Shown here one piece after another: positions 12,213-24,978 of a DNA stretch of 64,000 bases. A program made the position numbers and the translations under genes. Under the pieces are notes generated by a model. The model was not told the origin of the DNA. It saw only the letters and a program-made list of their open reading frames with translations, and made no database searches. The stretch comes from Batkoa obscura (lineage: Eukaryota). Location: assembly GCA_030770535.1 (NCBI GenBank), contig JASVEC010000011.1:186001-250000 (forward strand), read 5' to 3'. The stretch's first letter is position 1, and each line of letters opens with the position of its first letter.

Positions 12213-15200
12213 ATGACTAATCAAATACCTTCAACACCAAACGATATACTATGTGTATTCTTAATTGATGGTACCCAGGGTATGAAAAATCATTTTAAAT
12301 ATATGTTTGACAACCTTATAACCCCATTTGTCAATCAACTTTCACTTCCTGTAACAATAGCATCCAAAAATGGGGACTCTAGAAAAGCGTTACCTTGTAT
12401 AAAATTTTCAAGTATCGTTTATCGTGATGTTTTGTCAAAGTGTCCAGCTCCTTTAGAGAAGAGTACATTTACAACAAATAAACAAGAATTTTTAGCTAGG
12501 CTTGAAAAAACTAAATTCAACTATGGTGGACCTAGGTATTCAGTACTTGACGAAGCTGTAGGTGCATGTTTGGAGCTATTTGATAAAGAAAAAAGGGAAA
12601 GAAATCCTCAAAGTAATCAAGAACCTATACGTCATGTCATTGCCGTAAGTCGAACCATACCTTACAATAAAAGAATTCAATATAATTTTGATCAAAAATA
12701 TGAGGGCTTTAACCTAGATCGATTATGTTTATGCCTTAAAGAATATAATGTATTTATGTCGACAATAACAACACATCATTTATTGGATGAAGTTCATGTC
12801 TTAATTGATAAAATAAATAACCCCGAAACTAAAGTTACAAAATATACAGTCAAAGGTAATACTCATTATTTTTCTCGTATATCAGGTATATCTATTCCTG
12901 AGGATTATAAATTGCCAGAACATTTAGTTATTCTTCCTTATAAAGCAAAAAAACATGAATTAGCTTCTCCTAATTTACAAACCTTACCAACAAAAGCTAG
13001 AAAAACAGAAGCAACGGTTTCTAAGCCCGAAGAGACCACTCCTTCTCAAATCAAACAAGAATCGATACAAACTATTGCATCAAATACTAACGTTGAAGAT
13101 GTAAGTAAATTATCTAATGAACATAAACAATCTCCTAATAACCCTAACTTACCACACCCATCTCCTAATAAACCTAATTCAACAAAACAATCCCCTAATA
13201 AATCTAATCCTTTAGTTTCTATTCCAGAAACAAGTCAAATTCCAAGTCAAGCTCCAAACTCAGTTCAAAATCAAATTCCAACTTCAGTTCCAACTTCAGT
13301 TCCAACCGAAATAAATAATCAACCTTTACCTCAAGTAGCAAATAAGTCTAATAATACTAGAAACAGAAGGAGATTATCAAGTGCAACTATTGATCTAACA
13401 AATACGCCACTATATGTAGATAGTCCAGCACCAATTGAATTAAATAAAGCAACTAATTTGACGCAACCACCTACCCCTGCCGAGCCCATTGTTAGTACAA
13501 ATATGAAACGTACAGTATCATCTAAGGGAGCCAGAACTAGGAAGAGTATAGGATCTAGGAAGAATTCTAAAGTTAATGTTAATACTACAGTTAAAAAAGA
13601 AAAGACAGGTGTTAACGTTAAACCAGAAACTATTGTACCAACTCCACAACAAAATCTTATATTTGATCAATATAACGGCCAAGCACCTACCCCATCTGCA
13701 TCTAATGGCCTTACACAAACTAACAATCAAAACTTAGTACAAAAAGATACAGTAACCCCAGCAAATATGACTCCTTCAAATCAAAACCAAAATCAAAATA
13801 ATGCATCAGCTATGACTAAAGCTCAACCAGCAGGAAATGGCAACTATAATGCCCCTAATCCAAATATCTCACCTTTGGCTACGGAATATTCAAACATGAT
13901 GGTCAGTGGACACCAAGCTATGATGCAAAACAATGGAGTTATCCAACAAACAAATCAAAGCCAAGTTAGCGTACCACAATCTTTTAATCAATTTAATCAG
14001 AACTCCCAACCAAATGGCTACTCACAGGTGGGTGGAAATATGAGTATGGCGGGAGGTAGACCGATGAATCCAATGTTTCAAGGGAATCCAAATTTTAATC
14101 AAATGCAAGCACAGTATTTTATGGCTAATTCACCATCGGGTAAACAAGAAGCTCATTCCCAAGCTATACAGCAGAACATGCAGGTAAAAAATACTCCTCA
14201 ACAGGTTCAAGCTCAAGCTATGCAACAAAATATGCAAATGAGTAATCATCAGCAAGTTCATACTCAAGCTATGCAACAAAACATGCAGGTAAATAGTCAT
14301 CCTCAAACTATGCAACAAAACATGCAAGTGAATAATCGTCCCCAACAAGTTCAGCAAAATATGCAAGTGAATAACCTTCCCCAACAAATTCATACACAAG
14401 CCATGCAACAAAATATGCAGGCAAATAATCTTCCCCAACAAATCCAACAAGTACCTAACCAAATGTATCAAAATGAGGCCTATAATGCAAACGCAGTGAC
14501 ACAAGCTCAGAATAATATGCAGCATATGCAAAGACCACCAAATATGGATGCGGTACAAAATCAAATTCAACATTCCACACCACAAAATGCAATCAATGGA
14601 GCTGCTCAAACTCAAGCTAATAATATAGCAGGTATGCAAAAGGCTGGAAATGGAGCAGTTAAATTATGGACGGGTAGATTTGGATACAGATTTGCACAAA
14701 ACGGACAATTCATTGAACAATCATGTATGGTATCAGCGGGGTCCATTCCTCAACCTGAAGAAATTACTGCATTGTTTCATGCTAACGAATGGCCTTCAGC
14801 AATCTTTATCAACTCATTTAGACCATGTAACCTTGAAGGTCTGATTAGTTATTGTAAACAACATATGCGTCCATCTTTCTTTTTAATTCCTAGTGCCGAA
14901 GATCCTAGCCATCAAGTATTTTTAAATGTACTTAAGAAAATGGAACAAGATAATTCAGTTGCACTTTCACTCATGAATAATCCAGAAGGTAAACCACCTG
15001 GTAGCTATGGCTTTATTTTTTTCAAAAATGGGGCAAGATTGATGGGATTGTCCTTTATCAATTCGCCTATTCCTAACGTAGGCCTATTTGGTGAAGCAAC
15101 GAATCAGAAAATGGATGTTAATGCTATTAAACAAAATGTTCAGAATGTCCAAGCCATGAACCAAAATATTAGAAATCAACAACAACAACAACAACAACAA

Positions 15201-15902
15201 CAGCAACAACAACAACAGCAACAACAACAGCAACAACAACAACAGCAACAACAACAACAGCAACAACAACAGCAACAACAACAACAACAACAACAGGCAA
15301 GGGTCATTAATAATAATCAAGAAGCAGCTGTTCCTTTACAGAAGCAAGTAGCAACGAGTTATCTCAATAATCAAGGTGTTATTTCTAATGGTCAGAATAA
15401 TGGTATGAGTATGGATAATGCAGCAGCATTAAGAGCACAAATGGCACACATGAGCCAGCAAGGGTATACTGTACCACAACAGATGCAATTTTCTAATGCA
15501 CAAGCATTTAATTCACAATTGGGGCGTATCAACCCAGGACAAAACATTTTACAACAACAAGTTAAAAAGCAGATAGCGATTGGAGCGAAGCCAGCAATGG
15601 CACAACAACGGGTACAAAATTTTAACCCACAACAACAGCAAGTTTTAAATTTTCAAGCTTATCAAGCACAACAACATTATGCTCAACAACTTGCACAACA
15701 ACAAATGGGACAACCTAATTTATTTCAAGCTAACTTGGCTCAACAACAAATGAATCAATCATTTATTAATCATCCTGGTATGGCTCAACAACTTATCAAT
15801 CAACAGCAAATGTTAAATGCACAACAACGTAATTTAGCTCAAGTTAATTTACAACAACAACAGCATATGAATTTTCACAATGGTATGAATCGTCCACAAT
15901 AA
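12213..15902 (+). CDS. MED25: Mediator subunit MED25-like protein (N-terminal VWA, Q/N-rich linker, ACID/PTOV-like domain, polyQ tail)
   Basis: DILCVFLIDGTQGM..F..LITPFV resembles the start of the Med25 VWA domain; VKLWTG...HANEWPSAIFI...RLMGL resembles the ACID domain; domain order as in plant/animal MED25. Recognised by eye. Confidence 0.72.
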   Translation: MTNQIPSTPNDILCVFLIDGTQGMKNHFKYMFDNLITPFVNQLSLPVTIASKNGDSRKALPCIKFSSIVYRDVLSKCPAPLEKSTFTTNKQEFLARLEKTKFNYGGPRYSVLDEAVGACLELFDKEKRERNPQSNQEPIRHVIAVSRTIPYNKRIQYNFDQKYEGFNLDRLCLCLKEYNVFMSTITTHHLLDEVHVLIDKINNPETKVTKYTVKGNTHYFSRISGISIPEDYKLPEHLVILPYKAKKHELASPNLQTLPTKARKTEATVSKPEETTPSQIKQESIQTIASNTNVEDVSKLSNEHKQSPNNPNLPHPSPNKPNSTKQSPNKSNPLVSIPETSQIPSQAPNSVQNQIPTSVPTSVPTEINNQPLPQVANKSNNTRNRRRLSSATIDLTNTPLYVDSPAPIELNKATNLTQPPTPAEPIVSTNMKRTVSSKGARTRKSIGSRKNSKVNVNTTVKKEKTGVNVKPETIVPTPQQNLIFDQYNGQAPTPSASNGLTQTNNQNLVQKDTVTPANMTPSNQNQNQNNASAMTKAQPAGNGNYNAPNPNISPLATEYSNMMVSGHQAMMQNNGVIQQTNQSQVSVPQSFNQFNQNSQPNGYSQVGGNMSMAGGRPMNPMFQGNPNFNQMQAQYFMANSPSGKQEAHSQAIQQNMQVKNTPQQVQAQAMQQNMQMSNHQQVHTQAMQQNMQVNSHPQTMQQNMQVNNRPQQVQQNMQVNNLPQQIHTQAMQQNMQANNLPQQIQQVPNQMYQNEAYNANAVTQAQNNMQHMQRPPNMDAVQNQIQHSTPQNAINGAAQTQANNIAGMQKAGNGAVKLWTGRFGYRFAQNGQFIEQSCMVSAGSIPQPEEITALFHANEWPSAIFINSFRPCNLEGLISYCKQHMRPSFFLIPSAEDPSHQVFLNVLKKMEQDNSVALSLMNNPEGKPPGSYGFIFFKNGARLMGLSFINSPIPNVGLFGEATNQKMDVNAIKQNVQNVQAMNQNIRNQQQQQQQQQQQQQQQQQQQQQQQQQQQQQQQQQQQQQQQQARVINNNQEAAVPLQKQVATSYLNNQGVISNGQNNGMSMDNAAALRAQMAHMSQQGYTVPQQMQFSNAQAFNSQLGRINPGQNILQQQVKKQIAIGAKPAMAQQRVQNFNPQQQQVLNFQAYQAQQHYAQQLAQQQMGQPNLFQANLAQQQMNQSFINHPGMAQQLINQQQMLNAQQRNLAQVNLQQQQHMNFHNGMNRPQ
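14150..14460 (+). repeat. Imperfect coding repeats (QAMQQNMQVNNxPQQ-like) in the MED25-like ORF
   Basis: Recurrent caagctatgcaacaaaa(c/t)atgca(a/g)gt units. Confidence 0.8.
15177..15296 (+). repeat. CAA/CAG microsatellite encoding 40 Gln
   Basis: 120 bp of uninterrupted CAR codons. Confidence 0.97.
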
Positions 15903-16205
15903 GCCAAGTTTGGTAGCTGAAATGTTTATATATGTAATACGATATATACTTAATTTAATCTATGATTTTTATATTGTTAAACTAATCTTCAAGTTAAGTA
16001 GTGATTTATATTTTTTTTTAAAGAGAAGATATTTACTTTGTCTCTTTTTTTAATGTGTGGGTTTAATCTTTAAAATTGGAGTTTATATTCGGTCTTAAAG
16101 AAAAGATTCTTAATTTATTTTTTTAAATTGTTCATTTTACACTTAATAAAAAATTGGTAATTTTTAAATTTTATGGCTTTGAGGTTATTATATATTGTTG
16201 TATAT

Positions 16206-16303
16206 GGGGATGTTTTTTTTGGTTTCGTTACTTTTACATTTTTTAAGCGCTATTTGAGCGGAAAAATTGTTAGTAAAATTCTTAAACAAAAAAACACATC
16301 CCC
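16206..16303 (+). mobile_element. MITE copy
   Basis: ggggatgttttttt...aaaaaacacatcccc TIRs; flanks atat/gtat. Confidence 0.9.
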
Positions 16304-16771
16304 GTATATTTATTTACATTATTTTAATAATTTTATTGTTTTTAATATGTATAATTAGTTGAAATTTTAGTGAGTTACTGTGATAGCTTATACTATTTTA
16401 AATAGTTTATGAATGGTTTAAATAATAACATAAGAACATTAAACTTGATTTAAATAGTAAACTAATTTGAATAATATCATAATTTAATGGTAATATTACA
16501 TTTTTACTACATAGACAAACAATTTATTTTATCTAATATTCCATTGTAATCAAACTGAAAATTATAAAAACTATAGAGCCAATCAAAGGACAAAATTAGC
16601 GTGAGATAGTGTCTGAGCGTTTAATTGGTGGGCGAAGTTTTCGAGATAAAATCAATTAAACAAAAGTCATCCCCAATATCTTAAAAGATAACACGAGAGA
16701 AAAAAGGGTAAATTTAAGAAAAAAGTTCAATAAAAAATTAATTTTAATTTAATTTTTATAATAAGTAGAAA

Positions 16772-18540
16772 ATGAAACCATTCCATTTAAATCGTATCAT
16801 AAAATCAAACAATGCTATTTTAAAAAGAGGTAACTGAATACATCATTACTTTTGTTCAACTCAAAATTTACTTACAACAACAGCATTTCATTCCAATGGC
16901 TACTTAAAAGCAATATCAAACTTTAATATGCCATCAATGTCACCCACCATGACTGAAGGTTCCGTTTCAAGATGGAATATAAAAGAAGGTAAAATAAGAC
17001 ACAGTAATTAAATATCAATTTAATACTTACTTTCAGGCACAAGCTTCTCAGCTGGAGATGTATTATTAGAAATTGAAACAGATAAGGCTCAAATCGAAGT
17101 TGAAGCCCCAGAAGATGGTGTATTAGCCAAAATTTTGGTAAGATTTATAGCGATTTTATCAAGTTTAAATTATTAAATAATATTAGGTTCAAGCTAATGG
17201 AGAAAAGGTACCAGTTGGACAAGTTATTGCTATTCTCGCAGAAGAAGGAGATGATATTAGTAATATTGAGGCACCTAAAGAAGAAGCAAAAGCAAAGGAA
17301 CCTGTTAAAGAAAATAAAGTTGAGAAAAAGATAGAAACTAAAGCAGATGTTAGCATGAAACAAGGTAAATTTTAAAAAGAATCAAACAACGAGATATTTA
17401 TCCCAATTAGACGCTACTCCAAAATCAACCCATCTTTCCCCAGCTGTTGGTCACCTGATTTTCAACTATCAAATTGATGACATTAAGGTTATAACCGCTA
17501 CTGGACCTAAAAGCAGATTATCTAAAGGTGACGTATTGAATTATATAAATAAAAACAATATTCCAAAGAGGAAAGTAGAACAAGTTGAATCGAGACCTAT
17601 TAAGGTAAGACATTTACTTTAATTATTGATTTAATAACTCAAGCAAAATTTCAAAGTCACAAGTAAATCAACAAGGTTCAACAGGAAACCAAGTACCACA
17701 CACTTATACCAGAAAACAGATTGAAATAGAACAAATTGAAAGTTTAAGACAATCTTTGTTAAAATCAAAGGGGATTAAGGTATCCTTAAACGATGTGATC
17801 GTAAAGGCTACCTCTTTAGCTTTAATTGATACCCCTCAAATCAATGTGCGATTTAACGATAGCGCTAAAGATAATGTCGAGTATTTAAAAAATATTGATA
17901 TCGCAGTTGCCACATCTACTCCCAATGGTTTGATCGCTTCTGTTGTGGGTAATGCTAATAAAAAAGAATTGGGGGCTATTAGTAAAGAGTTGAAGGTAAG
18001 TACCGATAGAAAATTAATTATGACAGTTTAAATTAAATTTATTAGATATCTAGTAAAAAAGCAAATGAAAAGCAAAATGCCAGCTTTGGGTAAAAAAAAT
18101 CGTTTCCTTTATTTTGGTAAAATATTTATATTTTTAATAGCATATCTAACCTTGGAGTATCTGGGGTTAACAACTTTAGTGGACTTGTCACTCCTCCACC
18201 AGCTGCCAATTTAACTATCAATGTCAAGGAGGTTGTTGTATATGGCGAAGAAATCACCAATTCAAACTTAGTGTTAGATGATTTGATCCATCCTACCCCT
18301 AAGAAAGTGAATGAAGTTAAGCCTCAAGTTACAGCTACGCCAAATGTAAAGAGAGATATTTTAGATCAACTTGTAGATGATACAAAAACCAAAACTAGTG
18401 ATGAAAACTCAGGATTAAAAACTAGAAAAGTTCTTAATGTTACCTTAGCATCCGATCAAAGAGTAGTCACACAGGATATAGCAGCTAAGTTTTTAAAGAA
18501 ACTTGAGTATTACTTAAATCAAAAGAGTAGTCTTTTATAA
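16772..18540 (+). CDS. PDX1: Pyruvate dehydrogenase complex protein X (E3-binding protein), multi-exon
   Basis: Lipoyl domain ([19 protein letters not shown]), E3-binding domain ([20 protein letters not shown]), degenerate acyltransferase core with SDQRVVT in place of catalytic DHRxxDG. Confidence 0.82.
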
Positions 18541-18920
18541 TAATATTAATAAAAATAATTAAAAGTTTAGATTAGCTAGTGCTTTTGTTTTAGTATTTTA
18601 AAATTTTTACAGCCCTTTCATTTTTTTAACTAAACTTAAGAACCTTTTCCTTTTTTGACAGGATCAAATTTGAGTTTCTGCATCATTAAATAAGCTTTTG
18701 ATAAGATTAAAAAACTTGTTTTTTTTAGACAATTAAAAAATAGAATTCGTAAAACAACTAAAATAAAATGAAATGAAACAATAAATTTAATACTTTGTTT
18801 TATAATATAACGGTTACAAAAAGCTGTTACTATCTTTTCGGATTTATGTTTCACCTTGAAACACTATAAATTACTCTCAACGTATTGTAATCAATTCGTT
18901 TTTATCTAAAGCAAGAAATT

Positions 18921-20261
18921 ATGGAGTATAGATATCTTGGTAACTCGGGTTTAAAAGTATCAGTGTTATCACTTGGAAGTTGGTAATTTATAGCTTTATA
19001 TATTAAAATACTTCAATTATTAATTATACCGATTTTATTAAGGCTAACTTATGGAGATCAAGTAGATAGTGGTAAGAAACTCTGACCGTTTGAGTGTTAT
19101 TTTATTAATGTCACTATTATTGTTATTAGAAATAACTTTGGAATGTATGAAAACAGCCTTTGAATTAGGAATAACTCATTTTGATACTGCTGAAGTATAT
19201 GCAAGTAAGATACTTTTTATAACAAAAAACTATATTTATTTAACAAAAAACGTCAGACGGCCAAAGCGAGATCGAGATTGGGAATATTATCCAAAAACTA
19301 TGTTGGCGAAGGTCCGAATTCACCATTAGTACTAAGCTTTTTTGGGGTGGAAGGGGTAAGTTTATAACATTACTTTGGTCTTAAACTATATTAACTTAAC
19401 TTTAAAGGCCCCAATGAGCGCGGATTATCTCGAAAACATATCTTAGAAGGTTTAGAAGCCTCTTTAGAAAGGTTACAACTTGATTACGTAGACATTGTTT
19501 TAGCTCATCGACCAGATCCAGATACCCCAATGGAAGAAACAGTAAGAGCTTTTACGCACTTGATTAACCAAGGAAAGGCAATGTATTGGGGTAACTTGAT
19601 AGATAATTGATAACTATACAGAATTAATAAACGATTTAAGGCACCAGCGAATGGAATGTCAGTCAAATTCAAGAAGCGGTAATGATAAGCAAAACCCTAA
19701 ACTTGATCGCACCTATTACTGAGCAACCCCAATATAATATGTTTCACCGAGAAAGGGTGGAAAAGGAATATAATGGGCTATATGAGAAGTTTAAATTAGG
19801 ATTAATGGTATGGTCCCCGTTAGGTAGTGGAATATTAACTGGGAAATATAACGAATATGTGCCAGAGAACTCAAGACTAAATCTGAAGAATAACTTGGTA
19901 ACTAAGAGGATGAGGGATTGGTTGGATACTGATGAGGGTAGACTTAAGCTATTGAAGGTTAGGGAGTTAGAGGTAATAATTTTTCGAAAATATATCAAAA
20001 CGATTTTTGTTTACTTTAACTTATTTTATTTAGCGTATATCAAAAAAATTACATTGTACAAACAGTCAACTAGCGTTAGCATGGTGTTTACATAATACCC
20101 AAGTGGGCACAGTATTAACCGGCGCTACATGCAAAGAACAAATAATTGAAAATGTAAAATGTTTATCAATACTTAGCAAGTTGAGTCCAGAAATATTGAA
20201 TGACATTGATAATATATTAAAGAATAAACCAGCATTAGAATTAAATTTTAGAAACACCTAA
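18921..20261 (+). CDS. Aldo-keto reductase, voltage-gated K+ channel beta-subunit-like, multi-exon
   Basis: [81 protein letters not shown]; stop TAA 20259-20261. Confidence 0.93.
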
Positions 20262-21072
20262 TACGCTTACGATATCGGATTCTATCTTTTTAGGTGTTGT
20301 AATTGATGAATAACGCGCAATGATTTCACCTTCTCGATCTATTAAGAATTTCTATACGATTATTAATAAACTATATTTTATTTTGTTTTAATTATTTACT
20401 TCAAAGTTCCATTTGATCTTTTTCACTCCCATCATACCACTCTTTTTTTCAGTTAAGTACTTAAAAAGCGGATGCGCTTCATCTCCGTTCACAGCACTAA
20501 AATTTATTGTCAAACTTTAAACAATCACTCCTAATTCAATAAAACTTACACTTTGGTCATTATTGGAAAAGTAACTTTGTAAGTTGTTCTGACAAAATCT
20601 AAAATTTCTATAAATAACTGTTAATCTAAGCTATACTTATATAAATACCAGTTACCTTCTTGAGTCTCTCTCTCCTGATTAAACTGGTCAGAAGGAAAAG
20701 CTAGAACCACCAAACCATCCTTTTCGTACTTTTCAAATAAAGTTTGTAACCCTTGATATTGGTTTGTAAACCCACAGTCAGAAGCTACGTTCACAATTAG
20801 TAAGGCCTAGGTTATTATTAGTCGATGTTTATCATTGTTAGACATGTCTTTACTTTATTCTCATACTGCTTAAAATCTATAATATTATTTTCGATATCTG
20901 GTATTCTAAACTTATAAAGTTCCAATCTTTGAACATCGTCGTTACTCTTTGATTGATCATAGTAAAAATAAGCTATGAGCAGGATGATCATACTTGATAC
21001 TATCCATAGTAAGCTACCTTTGCCTCCTTCTTTTGGAACTTGTTTAATTTCCTCTTCTTTCTTTTCAGTCAT
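20241..21072 (-). CDS. Cys-type glutathione peroxidase with N-terminal transmembrane anchor, multi-exon
   Basis: NVASDCGFT (Cys codon TGT), [35 protein letters not shown]; hydrophobic [18 protein letters not shown] near the N-terminus. Confidence 0.92.
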
Positions 21073-21985
21073 AATTAAAATGCAAAAGAATTATCCCCAT
21101 ATTTTTTATTTTATCTCATTTTGATATTTCACTTGCTTTAATGATTGACTATCCTTTTTAGTGATGTAAGCAGTTTTTATTTTTGCCCAAGAATTTTGTT
21201 GATTGAGTTTTTGCCCAAATTTCAAAAGATTAATCTGTTGGGTTCACAAAACAATCGTAATTTACTATAAAAAAAGCCTTGGCCACTTTTAAAGTTTTTA
21301 ACTTTCTAGTGTTGAAAGAAGTTAAAACTGAAAACTGAAAAGTATCGAAATTTGACTAATTATTATTACAAAGCCTTAACTGCTTATCAATATTAAGTGG
21401 TTAGAATTTTTGAGGAATTTTTAACCAGAGTTTATGATTTGAGTTTCCATCAATTGTTCTTTTCTTGTTCACTAATACTTCACACAAGAGTCAATTAGAC
21501 TTATAAATAACTTGTATTCTTATAAACCTAGCAAAGAAGTTTTTCAAATTTCATGTATTTCGTATAATAAATAAAAAAGAACTAAACAAAACTACAACTA
21601 ACAATATGTAAAGTTTAAACCTTATTAATTTATTGCTATTATTTTATAGTCATAAATGACGAAAATCTCCTTACAACAAATTGCAATAGATTGAAGATGA
21701 ACTAATGTCACCTAATTCAGCCAAAAACTTATCCATTTTAAAAACTGTTTATTTTATTAGTGCAAATTTCAATAACCAAACTAAAAGTAGAATAATCAAA
21801 TTCTAACTGGCTCGGAATTAAAGTTTCCATCTGTTTAATTCGCTCATTCGAAAGCTACTTTGAACTTCCAAAAATAAATAGAAAAATAAATAAAATAAAT
21901 AAAAAACTAAACTTTAAAATTTTTATAATTTTTATAATTTCTTGTCTTTTATTTTTTTATTTTTTTTAAATAACACCAACTCCCA

Positions 21986-22758
21986 ATGGCTGGATTAAGG
22001 AATAATGAGGGTAATATTTACAACGATAAAACTACTATACACATACTAATCCAATTCCATTATATTTAGTTATTTTATGTAGCTTAGAAATAGCTGCTGG
22101 TATCATACTATTTATTACTGGACTAGTATTATTATTATTCAACCTACGCTTAAAAGCAATTGTTCCACGAGTATGTTCTTTTATAGTGATAGGCGAAGGA
22201 GTTTTATCCTTAGGATTTGTAATCGAACCCAACATCATGTATAAAGGCACGAACAATCTACACCTTTACATGTTAATTATGAGTGCAATTATATCAGGTC
22301 TACTTGCTGTCATAGCCACAATCTATTATAAGCCAATAGGTCGTGTTTGTCTTGCTATAACAGCTGGCTTTATGACTTGGTTTCTCATTGGCCAATTTAT
22401 CAATGGTATCATTGTGGACTTTATCATTGGCAGTTTTATTAGTATTTTATTTGCTATCCAAATTAAACGAGGAGGTCCCCCGGTGGAAGCTGTCGCCTAT
22501 TCAGCCATTGGAGCTTTTTTGGTGGCCAAAGGCATGGGCTTTGTGTTAGAAGGTGGCTTCCGTTTTATCACTGGAAACTTGAAGTTGCCATCAAATCCAT
22601 ATGGTTATGTATGTATCTTTGTACCCTATGTTCTCGAAGTTGTGTTAACAATTGGACTAGGATATTATCGTTATAAAAAGGAAACTACAAATCATTTTAA
22701 TAGTGAAATGAAAAAACAGGATTTGAAAAGAAGCCCCTCGTATAAACCTATTGAATAA
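21986..22758 (+). CDS. Multi-pass membrane protein, possibly DUF4203/TMEM198-like
   Basis: ATG at 21986, one intron (~22011-22069) joining the 22186-22758 frame; about 7 Gly-rich hydrophobic helices and an SAIGAFLVAKG motif. Confidence 0.6.
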
Positions 22759-24978
22759 GTTGAAAGCTTAAGGCTATGAAGGGAGCATGTTTATTAGTTA
22801 AATTATTTAGAGCATCTCTTTAAGTAAAATCAAAAGTATATGTATAATAATGAAACATCAGTTAATTAATGGTTATAATGTGAATTAGTTGCTTTAATAT
22901 TAATAAAAGAAAATATAAACTTATTGAGAGTTTATTAATGCTATTAATTATTTTAATCTTAGAATTCTACAAAATCATTTTATTTACATCATAGCAATAT
23001 AGCATAATTACGATCAGGCAATTGTTCAAGATACAGTTACATCATATAGTATATATATAGAACATGTCATTTTTAATGTGTGAGTAGTACTATAAAGACT
23101 TAGTATATGAGCTTTAAAATAAAATAGTACAGATTTTTTTAAAGTTATTGGGCCCTTTTGATAAGAATGCTTAAATTAAAAAATATTTTTAATTAGAATT
23201 AGATCATTTAATGGGGCTTCTAGAGTCTTTATGATTAAGGCTAAAACAATTAATAGAGGAAGAAAGGCATTTGATTTCAAACAGTTAATATTTTAAGTTT
23301 TTAATAACATAAAACAATAGTTTATACGCTTAAAGCGAATATGAAATATTCATGGCAAATTTTTCACTTTTTAATTTAAAGCATTCAATGTTGGGTTGAA
23401 AATGATTCTAAATAGGAATTATTTTATTCATTTAGAATGGAACTATTTTTATTTTAAATGTTTAGAGAACTGTATCATTTCATATGTTTGAACAGTTACA
23501 TCAAAATATATCAGGGTTTGAATGGTTAATCTGTGAAATAATATAACTCATACTCTTATTTAATATAGAATTGGAAAACTATTTATTATACTAACGTATT
23601 GGACTAATTTCAATTTTGTTATAAATTTACTACTAGAAGCCTAGCTACCACAATAAAAAACAACTGTAAAGTTCAATATTTCCATAAATTAGGCAAGGAT
23701 AAATATGTTTCCACATGGTCTTCCCATTTGTGAACTTAAACTCTTGATTTTAAATTTAAAATAAAAAATAATATATTTTTTATTCTTTCTATTGATTAAG
23801 GGATAAGATGAGTTTTAAAAATAGATAGAGGGTTCTTTATTTATAGAAATTACATTGACTTTACATTAATTGAGCTCTTCTTATAGGCAATAAACAATAG
23901 TTTATAAAATAATGATTTATAGATGATTTTCAATAAAGTAATATTTTATTTTAATGAAAGAGCGATAAAATCTCGGGATTTTAAATTTGTAAATTAATTA
24001 GCTTTATACAAAAAAATCAAAAAAGATACCATCAAACTCTCATTCTTTTAAAACAACAGAATAGATCACAATACTTTCCAATATAATAACGCTGGATGTT
24101 ATAATAGGTTACTTATAGTAATATGCTGATCCAAAGCCATAACACTCTCAAATGATGCTCAAAGTACTTGATTTCCGGTCATTAAATAGAATCATCTGAT
24201 AACTTTTAAACCCCAAAACTATACAAAATACCCATAATGGGTAATATTGCGTTTGATCCTTAATAAGCAAAAATTGTTGTATGATTTTATTCGAACCTTA
24301 TCTCTTCTTCATTATGTGGTGTGGTAATAATAAATTGATATCGTACTATCAAAATATTTAAATATAAAATATAGAATGATTATGTTATTAGAATATATTT
24401 CAAGTTTTCCTACATCTTTTCCAGATTTAATGCCAAGTTTAAGTTTGTTAAAGAATAAAGCTTATTAAATCAAGCAAACAGCAAGGGCTCTATCCTTCTA
24501 TATAATAGGCTTATCATTAAAATATAGCTCATAGCCTATTGATTCAAACTTTAACTGGAAATAAAAAGGATTGGTTAAACCATGACTAAATTTATTTTGA
24601 TTGGCTATTATTTTATCAAAGGATTGACTTGACATCTGATTCTTGAAGGGGTATGGAATAAAAATTATTCTTGTAGTAATTGTAAACTTTTTTTATATCC
24701 TATCTTTGTTATTTATTCAAGGTAGTTTTACTTATTTCATTTTATCTTATAATAAAAAAAACAAGCATTATATTTCTAAAGTCAGTCTCAGTAAATAAAC
24801 GATATCTGCTTTTGATTCCATTTTACTATTTGAACTCTCTTTATTTACATTTTGTATTTTAGCTAAATAATCTTCAACTATACTCATCTATAGTTTTGCA
24901 CTAACTATAATAACAGGATATACTCTGATATAATTTATTCCTTCTCTTAAAACTTATTTAAGTGTTTATTTATCATAA

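Noticed and set aside
14130..15320. Antisense Leu/His-rich and poly-Leu ORFs
   Set aside because: Shadows of the Q-rich MED25-like coding strand
16173..16358. 61-aa ORF
   Set aside because: Chance frame across a MITE
20770..20790. Selenocysteine in the glutathione peroxidase
   Set aside because: The active-site codon reads TGT (Cys), not TGA
22760..24978. GATA sites suggesting autoregulation of the GATA factor
   Set aside because: Scattered HGATAR matches are expected by chance at this AT content; no evident clustering
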